Source of the DNA: Podarcis muralis
Lineage: Eukaryota
Direction of reading: 5' to 3'
NCBI RefSeq assembly: GCF_964188315.1
Contig: NC_135668.1
Location: 46,996,001 to 47,060,000 of the forward strand
DNA length: 64,000 nt
A model generated the notes under the pieces. It did no database searches. It was not told the DNA's origin and was given only the letters and a program-made list of their open reading frames with translations. Shown in pieces: positions 1-10,951 of this stretch (positions are counted from its first letter, which is position 1; every line of letters starts with the position of its first letter). The translations under genes were made by a program, and so were the position numbers.

Positions 1-499
1 GTTGGCAGAACATGGCTTTTTTTAAATGTTTAAAATAACAATTACGTCAGGTTCCATCCCTGGAAAGGCCTCTCTCTCTGCCCAGGAGAGCCAGCTGGAG
101 TAGATCTTGCTAGGCTAGATGGGACAATGGTCTGGCCCATTGGAGCCAGTTCAATTCTCTTGGTAAGGGGAGTGGGAGAAGGAAATAACAATGAAAGGAG
201 AAGGGCTGCAGCCCAGCAGTACAACATCTCGCATGCAGAATGTCTCAGGTTCAATCCTCGGCATTAGAAGAACCTCTTGAGAGCCACTGCCGGTCAGTGG
301 ACCAGTGGCTTGACCTGGGAATAAGGCAGCTTCCGCGGCTTCTAAAGCCCAAGGGGAAAAAACACTAGGAAGAATGGGAACTAGAGTGACGTGTTGTGAA
401 ACTGAGCCCACGCGAATTGTCAGTCCGGGCCCTGTCTCTGGAAGTGGATGGACACTAATTAGGAGACCAGGGTATGGCCAATCTCTTCCCAGCTGCACA

Positions 500-1015
500 A
501 ATCTAGCTCCGAGGGCCTTCTGGCGGTTCCCTCACTGCAATACATGAAGCTTTGGGAACTAGGCAGGGGTCTTTACGGTAGTGGCACCCACCCTTTGGAA
601 CGCCCTCCTGTCAAATGACAAGGAAACAAGTACAGTGGTACCTCGGTTTACAAATATCTCGGAAGCTGAACGTTTTGGTTTTCGAATGCCGAAAACCCGA
701 AAGTAATTGCTTCTGTTTTCAAATGGGCCTCAGAAGTCGAAAGGCTTCCGCTGTGTGTCCCCCCCCCCCCATTTTCTCCACTGACTGTCCTTTGCGCCTC
801 GGTTTTCGAACGTTTTGGAAGTTGAACAGTCTTCCAGAACGGATTATGTTCGAAAACCAAGGTACCACTGTAACTATACAACCTTTAGAAGACATCTGAA
901 GGCAGCACTGTATAGGGAAGTTTTTAATCTCTTACTGTGTTTTTATATTTGTTGGAAGCTGCCCAGAGTGGTTGGGGCAACCTAGTCAGATGGGCGGGGT
1001 ATATTATTATTATTA
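500..1015 (+). mobile_element. L2-type LINE 3' fragment with (ATT)n tail, interrupted by a MITE
   Basis: Shares 'gagggccttctggcggttccctcactgc...agacatctgaaggcagc..gcccagagtgg' with the copies at 41.8 kb and 45.3 kb. Confidence 0.75.
633..870. mobile_element. Tc1/mariner (Tigger-like) MITE
   Basis: TIRs cagtggtacctcggttt / aaaccaaggtaccactg (1 mismatch), flanked by TA on both sides. Confidence 0.9.
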
Positions 1016-1065
1016 ACTGTTTCCTTCAAGCCTAGACTGTCCACACTGTACAAGCAAGTTCATCT

Positions 1066-1285
1066 GTAGCATAGGGGTTAGAAAGTCAGACTAGGACCCG
1101 GGAAACGAGGGTTCAAATCCCCACTTAGCCATGAAGCTCACTGGGTGACCTCGGGCCAGTCATAGTCTCACAGCCTTAAAGCATTGTTGTGGGGATAAAA
1201 TGGGGAGAATCGTGTATGCCACCTTGAGCTCCTTGGAGTAAATGTGGGGCAGAAATGTAACAATGAGTAAATGAATAATAATGAA
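1066..1285 (+). mobile_element. Old tRNA-derived (MIR/CORE-like) SINE
   Basis: Degenerate A/B boxes (gggttcaaatccc), then the core 'ctgggtgacctcgggccagtca' and an A/T tail. Confidence 0.65.
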
Positions 1286-3549
1286 ACATTTAGGGCCTGC
1301 AATGAAGCAGCACGGGAAGAAAGGGCCCAGGATCCTGTGCCCAAGGATCACCTATAATATTACAAGAGATCCTGGGCAGAACTCCCAGCTGCACTGTGGG
1401 CCTTAGGATGGGCAAGGACATCACAGAATGTGTATGAGAAGCAAAGAGGTCTTTTCTAGCTTCCTGCCCAAGGGCTTGTGTGAGAACATGCAACCCAGCC
1501 AACAGTCTCTTAAAAATCACCCTGCACAGTTCAGTGTTGGGTGTGGATCAGCCTTCCCGAAACTGGTGCCATCCAGGTTTTGTTGGCTGACAATTCCCAT
1601 TAGCTACAGAATGGCCAACGGTCAGGTACGATGTGGGGAGTGATCCAATAAAAACTGGAGGGCACCAGGTTGTTGGGGGGGGGGCGGCTGGAGAAGATGG
1701 GTTACTGCTGAGACAGCTTTGACAGGTTTCTTTCTTTTGCACTACTGGAATCTGTACCCGCTGGGACCATGCTAGTCTCTGCTGTCCGATATGCCGGCAA
1801 GCCGAGAGACATTGAGTAATTAATGAGCACAATCTCTATAGCACTTCTCAGTTGGGCTATGAGGATTAATTGACTGATCAATGCTATCGACTGAAGCTTT
1901 CCCTGTAAAGTAAAATTCACCCTTCAAATCGCCGCAATTCAAAGAGAGCTGAAGATGCAGGCTGGGGAATCTTTGGCTGTCATTCCTCAATGCAGCAGGC
2001 AATATAGTCACACCAGCCTTCTTTCCTAGAATTATGGGATAGAATTGGACGAGCTCTGTTTGCAAAGTGGGACTGATGGTGGTGGGTGGCAGAATCCAAG
2101 GGACATCTCGCTTTTCATGGCCATGCAAGGTCTGCAAGTGGCCTGATGGGAGATTTGCAAGATGTGTATAGCTCACTGTCAGTCTTCACACGTCAAAAAT
2201 GCATGCAGAAGGAGGCTTCCTATCTGCCTTCATCCACCCGAAACATAAAGAAGAGGCATGGGGTGGAGAAAATCAAGTCAGAATGGAAAGGGAGCAACTT
2301 TTGGGTTAATTTCTATGCCTAAATGTTTGTGCGGAAAGTACTTTTCTGTCCTGAAATGCTTGACGTTACTTGCTTTGACTTTGGTGTAAAGAAAGAGAAA
2401 TGCCCCTGAAAGGTAAATAAAGGAAGTCCCTGTCACTGCCACCAGTGTTTGGACCAAACAGCACCTGAATGGCAAGATGAACTAGACAAATTAAAGAGTT
2501 GGGAGAGGGTTAGGAAAGCTGTAGCCCTTCAGATGTTGCTGGACTCAGTTCCAGTCAATGTGGCCAATGGTCAGGGTGATGGGAGTTGTAGTCTAGCAAC
2601 TTCAAGAGGGCCACAGTTTCCCCATGCCCTGAGACAGGCATTAAATGATCTGGGGAAATGGAGGGGGGTGCCTCAAATTCTCATGAGAACCTAAGGAAGC
2701 TCCCCGCTTTGCAAGGAAAAGGCAGATCTCAAAATATACAGTGGGGAAGCAAACTGATCATGGCCTCGAAGGACAATGGCTGCAAACAAAAACAGGTGGC
2801 AAACAATATTGTAAGAAAGGGAGCCAAAAAGCATCCAACATACAGAGAAAGCGGCAACACAGACTTTACACATTTAAACAAAAAATAAAAGGAAACGCAA
2901 AACTCCAATTCCGTCATGCTGTGAACACAGCTTGCCTGAACCGATTCCTGCTAAAAGGTTTTGAGAACTGGGGTTCATTCTCACCTATCTGAACTGATGC
3001 TTGAAGCTACGGCAGGGGGGCAGAAATGCTCCCACCTGCATCCCTTGATCACCCGCTGTCAGGCGAGTTCCCAGTTGCCGAACGCTAAGCCGCCGACAGC
3101 TCAGGTGCCAGGTAAGAGCCTTACGCTACAGATACAGGAGTCTGGCATCTTGAACCTTGTGACCACCTTTTCCGGTGGAGACCTGAATAACCTTCCCGCA
3201 ACCCAGTGGGAAGAGCTGCTCTTTGTTTCAAGGAAGAAAACAAGGGAGTGGCTGTGGGGTGAAGCCAGGCTGAACAACCAAGGTGCTCCCTTTCAGGGGA
3301 ATTAGCCAGGAAGGGTGGAAAAGGCCTCTACACACCCTGGATGTGAGATACCGCACTGTGAACAGCAGCTGGCTGTTTCTGCATGCGTGGAAGAGGATCG
3401 CAGCAACACTCCCTTGGCCCCGTAATCTCTTTTTCGGGGAGGACGAGGGGAGTGAGAAGGGGAGCCATACACCACACACACATCCAAGGAGAAACCTGCC
3501 TGAAGGGATTTTGCAAGGATTGATGCTGCTGTAGCTGCTGCCGGAAGGC

Positions 3550-3626
3550 CTAAACCCAGTGTCCACCGTGACTGTCAGCCTCCGAGAGACTGAAGACCCG
3601 CCGCCGTCCTTTCCTGCCAGGCCTAA
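3550..3626 (-). CDS. CLEC16A: Probable CLEC16A terminal coding exon: VRPGRKGRRRVFSLSEADSHGGHWV*
   Basis: Strong acceptor gtgttttcctctag|; in phase with the exon ending at 10811; 77 bp to TAG. The peptide resembles CLEC16A C-termini I recall from other vertebrates (unverified). Confidence 0.7.
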
Positions 3627-4515
3627 CTAGAGGAAAACACAGCAATAGATCACATGAAGCCATTAACAATTGGGTGGGTGGGGAGAGGGCATGGGGTGGG
3701 GACTCACAGAGACGGGAAGGAAGAAGACATGTTATAGCAGCCTTCCCTAACCAGGTGCCCTCCAGAGGTTTCGGGCCACAAGGCCTGCCGGCCAGGATTT
3801 GTGGTCCAAAAGATCAGGAGGTACCCCAGGGGGTTGCAGGGAGGCTATGTTAAGAGTAAACATCAAAATGACTGTCACCAACACCACCAACATGCTCACA
3901 AACAGCTGGCATCCTGCAGTCTCGCTCTCTTCGGAAGCCCCGAGAGGCCGAGAAGAGGTCCGCCCGTTATCGAGTACACAAACCGTCCTCAAGAATGCCA
4001 CCTGTTCAGGTTGGCTCGACTTAGGATTGCCAGGCGATGACAGCGGCTAAGCGCCAGGGAAGGAAACAGGAATGCTTTCGGGTTCAAAAGGATGGGGAAG
4101 GGGGGAGGGGAACCTCGACGACCCACTTAAAAAAGAGGCAAGAGCAATTTTTTACAGATTTCTCGTGGGTTAGCAATATTCCGTCCCACTTAATGGTAAT
4201 AAATTGCCAGAGGATGCTCCGTCTCCCCCAGAGCGAGCGATAAATTAGGATGTCAGATAAATCTACCCTTTCGAGAAAGGAAGCCTGTAAAATGCAGCAC
4301 TTGGACTACAGTCAAAGCTAAGTGCAGCACATTTTTTTCTTTAAAAAAAAAGAAAAAAAGAAGATCCAATGGGAAGCAATTTTTTTTAAAAAAAAAGAAC
4401 GGGGAGGGAAGACAGACAGAACACCATGGAATTTTGCAAATACAGAAGATTTCTGGAAAAACATCGTTTCGGTGGAACAAAGAGCAAGACAGAACAACAG
4501 GTGCAACAAACATCG

Positions 4516-4574
4516 TCATGTGTGGGATTCAGCCATGATGGAAGAACCAGGGTCGTGTCGACGGAAGGCGTTTC
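4516..4574 (-). CDS. CLEC16A: Candidate alternative CLEC16A terminal exon: GNAFRRHDPGSSIMAESHT*
   Basis: Acceptor ctccaaccctctgtag|; in phase 1; followed by U-rich UTR-like sequence (about 4515-4250). Confidence 0.4.
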
Positions 4575-4959
4575 CTACAGAGGGTTGGAGCTCAGATTCG
4601 AAGAACAACACAGGACATGGGAGATGAGTCAAATTTGTGTGTCCCAAGCAGCAGCAGCAGCCTTTCCCAACCACACTAGAAACTCTTCCGTAAGCCGAGG
4701 GAGACCGGCAATGGCAGACTGCAATATGGCAGCCCCACACGCCTAAAGTGTCTGTCTAGCACTTGGGAGACTCAGTAGCGTATTATGTATACAGAGATAA
4801 AGTGCCAATAGCGGTGACAGTCATCATAAGAACGTCAAGAAGAGCTGGCCCGGATCAGGTCAATGGCTCATCTAATCCTGCTTTCAGTGTGGCCAGCCAG
4901 ATGCCTACACGAAACTCACAACAAGGACCCGAGCACATTCTGATACCCACTGACTACAC

Positions 4960-5400
4960 TCTACTTTCTCGGATGGGGATGACCCACCTACAGTTGTCTG
5001 TGCTCTGATAAGCCCCGCCTGGCTTGACTACTGCAATGAACTCTACAGAGGGCTTTTCCCTTGAAGGTGGTCTGGAAGCTGCAGCCGGTGCAGGGCACTG
5101 TTGCCTGTTTGTGGTTTAGGGGAAGTAAGATGGGATCACATTACAGCAATCCTGGAAGCACTGTGCTGGCTGTCAGTGACTGGGTCCGATTCAAGGCGCT
5201 GGCAGAATCCGAACTGCTGAATGACTGCCTCTCTCATGGCATGCCTGGGCTGTGAGTTCTGCCAGTGAGGCCCTTGTTTGTGATGCCCTTGGTGAATGGG
5301 ACTCTGGTTGGGGAGTGGGTGAAGCGGGGCCTTCTTTGTGGCGGCACCCTGGCTAGGGAACTCCCTTGTTGTTGTGAGCAGATTGCCCGGCACATTATTC
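4960..5400 (+). mobile_element. Decayed L2 ORF2 C-terminal remnant
   Basis: Frameshifted motifs WLDYCNELY and DHITAILEALCWL resemble the L2 RLDYCN..DHITP.L..LHWLP motifs. Confidence 0.7.
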
Positions 5401-5455
5401 TCATTCAGGGGCCAGCTTAATACTTACTTTCCCCAGCTTTTGCAGCAAATCAGAA

Positions 5456-5640
5456 CATAGAACATTGCTTTACACCAAAGTCAGACCCATTGGTCCAACT
5501 AGATCAGTACTGCCTACACTGACTGGCAGCAACCCTCCAGGGTTTCAGATGGGGTTTTTCCCAGTGCTGCCAGGAGATGCCACAGATGCAACCTGAGACC
5601 TCTGGCATAAAAGGCAGGTGCTCTACCAATGGGCTACAAG
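5456..5640 (-). mobile_element. tRNA-derived squamate SINE (family also at ~222-347, 26205-26385, 41030-41165)
   Basis: tRNA-like head; shared body 'ctggagagctgctgccagtcagtg..gacagtactga..aatggtctg'. Confidence 0.65.
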
Positions 5641-6906
5641 GCAGTCTACTGCTGAATTGCATATCTTATTATATAATAGATCATCTATCCGAGGGTCATC
5701 TATCCACACTGTGGTTTTAATTTGGTTTTAACGTTGCATTTTATTGTTAACTATCCTGGGGTGGACTAGAAAAAGAAATGAAATTACAACAGTATTAATA
5801 ATAGGCAATAATGATCAAGATGACGGTTTGTCTTAACCAGAAACGACGTGGGAGGGGAGAGAGTAGATACGATTGTTTAAAATTAACTTTCCCCCCAAAT
5901 TTATTACCTGTCTCTTCTCTCCAAAGGCAGCCTAAGTCAGCTCACAATAATATTACATTAAAACAACACTATACGTATTGTGGAGAGCGGTGAAAACCAG
6001 CAGTATACAAACTTTATAAAACCCACCATGGGACCATATGGTAAATTGTCGATTAAAAAAACAACTAATAAATTAATAACAGCCTAAAAGCCTAGACAAT
6101 CTTTTTTTAAAGCCTTCATTCTCAGGACACTTCAGAATTTTGGTGGGTGCTGGGATTTGAGCTTAGTATGTTGCAGCAATGTGGCAGAGGGTGGCGTGTT
6201 TCTTTCTTTTTCCCTTCCCGGGAAACATTTTTCCAATACTCCGCCACCTCCCCAGGCTGCCTGAAAAAAGTATTGTGGAAGGACTTTCCTCCTGGCAACA
6301 TTCCCCAGGAGCACAGACCACTCAGTGAGATGGAGGAAAGAAAAGGCACTCTCAAGCACCCTTCAGCCGCCTCAAAAGGCAGGTGAGTGTGATATAAACC
6401 AGACACACACACCCTTCAGAATTTCACCAATTTCTTTATCTCTCCTTTGACATGTTTTGAAATGCAATTTCTTTTCTCATGGCTGAGAAATTTTCAGCAG
6501 AGCTCTAATGTGATCCTCTCTCTGTGTGCCTTTTCAGTCCAGAATTCTCATCTCATGTGCCCCAGGGCAGAGGTTCTCAAAAAGTGGGGCAGGAAGATTC
6601 AAGGGCGATCAAAGAAACATTTAAACATTTCAGTGCAGTATGGTATGGTATCCAAATAATTTGGATAATACAACCAGAAACGGTATTCAAGAGTGCTGGC
6701 TATTCTTCCTGCAGTTCTCCAAGACACGTTGTTGTGAACAGAGCTTTTCAATATGAAAGGTCAGAGAAGAGACAGGCTTCTTTGTGTTGATGAGGAGATG
6801 AGAGCTCGTTTGTCGCAAATTAAACCTAATATAAACGAGATCAGCCAGCAAAAGCAAGCTCATACATCTTATTGAGTTTATATGCATACTTCAGGTACAT
6901 ATGTGC

Positions 6907-7270
6907 GGGACGCGGGTGGCGCTGTGGGTAAAAGCCTCAGCGCCTAGGACTTGCCGATCGAAAGGTCGGCGGTTCGAATCCCCGCGGCGGGGTGCGCTCC
7001 CGTCATTCGGTCCCAGCGCCTGCCAACCTAGCAGTTCGAAAGCACCCCTGGGTGCAAGTAGATAAATAGGGACCGCTTACCAGCGGGAAGGTAAACGGAG
7101 TTCCGTGTGCTGCGCTGGCTCACCAGATGCAGCTTGTCACGCTGGCCACGTGACCCAGAAGTGTCTGCGGACAGCGCTGGCCCCCGGCCTCTTGAGTGAG
7201 ATGGGCACACAACCCTAGAGTCTGTCAAGACTGGCCCATACGGGCAGGGGTACCTTTACCTTTACCTTTA
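6907..7270 (+). mobile_element. Full-length Sauria SINE, subfamily A
   Basis: GGGACGCGGGTGGCGCTG head, (ACCTTT)n tail, perfect 12-bp TSD aggtacatatgt (6893-6904 / 7271-7282). Confidence 0.93.
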
Positions 7271-10200
7271 AGGTACATATGTAAGAGGCCCATTTATAAT
7301 TATATTTTGGGAATGATCCATGTTCTTCTGTAGCTGCATTGTTTTATACTTGCTGGATGTCCCACGGTCATACTATAAAGTAGTTGTGTTCTGTGTTATA
7401 AATCAAGCACTGCTAGGAGTTGGAAGTTTCAGACAACATCCCAAACATGTAATTGTACAACCCTCTCAGCCTTCCTCTGTGCTGTCCCTTTTAAACAGGC
7501 AAGAAGCTTAGAAGTTCTTCATATCCACATGCATTTTAAAGGGTGTGTGTGTGTGTGTGTGGAATGCGAACACTGTGAAGTTCCTAAAACACCAACTTTT
7601 CTCCCTAAAAGAAGAAGGAAAAACAGCGCCCTGGCCCTTTCCTGAGCTCCTTATCTGTGTCATGGATGCGAGCTACGGATAACTCTTGCAGAATGTTACC
7701 CCAAAAGGTTAAAGGAAGGAAGGCAGAAAGGCATTGCTGTACTGATGAAACAAAGAATGCAACTAATTCAAACATTTTAGCAACAGTTCTTTGGCGTCTA
7801 TTGCGCAGGATGAGCTGGGAGGATTCTGGAGGACAATGCTTCTGGTGAAAGGTGGAAAGGTGAGGGGTCACATTTAGTGTAGAAGCGCTCTTAGTAAGCT
7901 TTGGGATGACGTAAGAACCCGTCAGAATTACTGCAGGCTGCTTATTTAATGAGTTGGGCAAGCTCCCGACTGCCGTCAGAAGTAACGCGAAAGCTTTATC
8001 TCATCTGTGCCTTTTGCATGAGGCACAGTCAATGACAGTGCTGCGGACAAGGGGGAGGAAGGATTGCTTAACCCACAGACAAAGTCACTTCACTAATTTA
8101 GCAACCAAGGGACTGCACAGCGGCTCCCAGATTGTGAAATGCGTTGATGGCAAAAGTAGTTTGGGGAACGTGCTTTGATCTGAATGAAAGTGCACGTAAA
8201 AACACACACACCTGTTTAAGGTTTGCAGCTGGCATCCTTGCACTGAGAAGGGACTTTCCTCACTTCCCAAGACAAAAGCTTCTAAAGTTAGCTAACATCA
8301 CTGGTTGCTTCCAGAGTTGGCAAGGCTCATTTAATGACAACAAGAAATGGAGTCCTTAGTGTGCCTTCTGTTTCAGCTTTTAAACACCTGCTGAAAACCT
8401 TACAGGCTTATTATGCAGCCAATGGAGAATGCATCTTTCCACAATGCTTGGCTGATTTCTGACTGTAACTTTTAAATATTCTCTATCATATTGCTTTGTG
8501 TGTTATTTAAAAGTTTCAATTGTTATGAATAGCGGTAGATAAATATTTGTATAAAGAAATAAATAAGAAACAATTACTTCTGGAGAAGAAAAACCTTTGT
8601 TTCCTAAAATAAATCAAAGCGTTGATAAAGTAGAACTGTAACAGCCTTAATTTCATAGCACAAACCGTGCTTCTCAGCTCCATGGGCTTTATTCCCCCTC
8701 TCTAATACAGCAGTCTGCTTTCAACCAGGTTTTGCAATATTAAAGGGTGCATTGCTGTTTTCGGCATTAGTTTAGGTTCCAGGTGATTAGAGCACAACCA
8801 GATTTCACATTTTGAAGTGAAACTGAGGAGGTGTGGCCACACTCTACAAATAAGGCCCCTTGCTTCTCAGTGGAACAGATAACAGAAGTTAATAAAAAAT
8901 CCTGACATAATGAAATAAAACATAGTCGGGATGAAAGTTGCCACGATGCAGCCAAGGGGCAGAGGGACACTAGATAGATACTGCGGACCAGTATTTGTGA
9001 CCTGGAACCAAGAAGAAGAAGAAACAGGTCGATTGTCTGAGCAGCTCATATCCATCAGGGCAAGGGCCCAGCTTGGAAAGTTAACTCCTCATCGTGAAGT
9101 GTGTGGTTTTCCAAGGAATACAAGTTCTTTAATAAAACCGTCCTTCTGAAGGCAGAGCTTTCATTTCCCAATGATACTACACCAACCCGGCTTTTTAGGA
9201 TTTAAACTGTTAGCCGCATGTTTAAAGACTGCTAATGTCACACAGAGCTGCCAGTAATTGCTGGAAATAGATTTTAACAAGGAACAGCTGACTCCACTCC
9301 CTTTTTTTGCCCATTTGGGGGCTTTAATTTAATTAAGACCCACACAACTAGGCTAAACATGTGGTGGAGCAAACACCCCACCGGCAGTCCAAATCAGTGC
9401 TGTCTATCAAGTGTGGGTGGGGAGAATAAAGATTGGGGTGGGAGGAGGAACATCTGCACAAAGGCAGAAGTATCTAGGGCTGGGGGAAAAAACACAATCA
9501 CCTCGTTCTTCTTCCTTGGAAACCTCTACAGAAGATCAATAGCCTGTCAGCAAATGCATTTGTATGAAGGCAGGCCAGCATTTGCTTTTAACAAGCCTGT
9601 ACATTTCCAGAGTTTATGATAGCCATGAAATACAGGTGTGCTGAGTTTAAGGTCACTATGTCACGGACAAGCTGCCTGTGGAGGTTTTCTGCAAAAAAAA
9701 GTATCCCTGCAAAAGAAGTTACTCGTGGGAGGGGAAGAGAAGGAAAAAGGAGGAGAGTACAATTCAAAATTTATACAGCAGGACTTGCATGTAAGATCAG
9801 GCTGTTAAAACTACACACACAAAATGCAAAGGTTACCAGATATGAGGAATGAAGCAATATTTTGCAGTTGTTCCTGGTAGCCAACAACGCCCAATTCCTT
9901 AAAAAGCAAGGATGGGGAACCTGTGCCCCGTCACAAGGTCTTTTTGGACTTCATTAGCCCCAGTCAACATGAACAATGGTCAGGGATGATGGGAGCTGCA
10001 GTTCAACATCATTTGGAGGGTTGTAGGTTCTCCATCCCTGAACTATATCTAAGGTGGGAATCTTGTTTGGCACCATGAACATTCCTTAAAAGATGACCTT
10101 GAAATTTAGTTTTCACTCCCATACACACACATTTAGATTAAGCAGCCAGATCATTTCAATGGAAATAAAGAACCAGGATATAAACACAAGTGCCAAAGGA

Positions 10201-10810
10201 CAGAGAGATCACTTTTGATTTTTTTTTTTTTTGGCCAGCTTATTATTGCAGCAGGACTTAAATTTGAACCAGGAGTCCAACTTGTTCTCAGTGTCAAGGA
10301 ATGTGTGAAATGACACACAGTGCCTTTAAGCATGTGCAGAGCGCCTTTGTCTTACTACTGAGCAGCCGTGCCAGATCTTAAGTTATCTGGGATCGTAGGA
10401 ATAGGATTTTCAGTCAGGGGAGTGTGGATTCTGGAATGGTCTGAGCTCCAGCAGGCGAAGAAGCTAGGCATTAGCACAAAGCGTTTTAACGCAGGATCCT
10501 GCAGCAAGCAATATTGTTGTCTCATACAATTTGAACCAAGAGAGTGATGCAGAATGGTCTGCCAAGTTCACCCACCTGTCTGACTTGCAGGACTGAAGCC
10601 ACAACTGGAAAAAACAAAATCTCGTATAATCTGTCCCCCAGTTTTGCATGGACTCACCTGAACCCTCCACCCTCGGGTACCCTTTCCAAAACAAGTTTAA
10701 AGAACAGGAGATAAAATATTAAGATTAGGAAGTCTCTTTAAAAACCTGCAGGTGGATTCAAGCAGTCTATAAAACAGCCTACAGGAGCTAAGAGCAAGAG
10801 GCTTCAATAC

Positions 10811-10951
10811 CTGACGGGCTCTGGACCATGGAAGGAATCGATGTGGAGCTGGTGGCAGAGTCACAGCGCCCGGTGCTCCCGCTGGACGAAGGGGATGGAG
10901 ATGAAAGCGGCGAGGGGTTGTGCTGGTTGATGCACTGGGCAACAGCGAAAC
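10811..10951 (-). CDS. CLEC16A: CLEC16A exon (~23): GFAVAQCINQHNPSPLSSPSPSSSGSTGRCDSATSSTSIPSMVQSPS
   Basis: 141 bp; ccctcccttgcag| and |gtattg; Ser/Pro-rich like the human exon; ends in phase 1. Confidence 0.95.

Noticed and set aside
1-3549. SOCS1, DEXI or another neighbouring gene; CLEC16A poly(A) site
   Set aside because: No SH2/SOCS-box or other recognisable coding sequence was seen. I found no clear minus-strand AATAAA, so the 3' UTR end is left uncalled.
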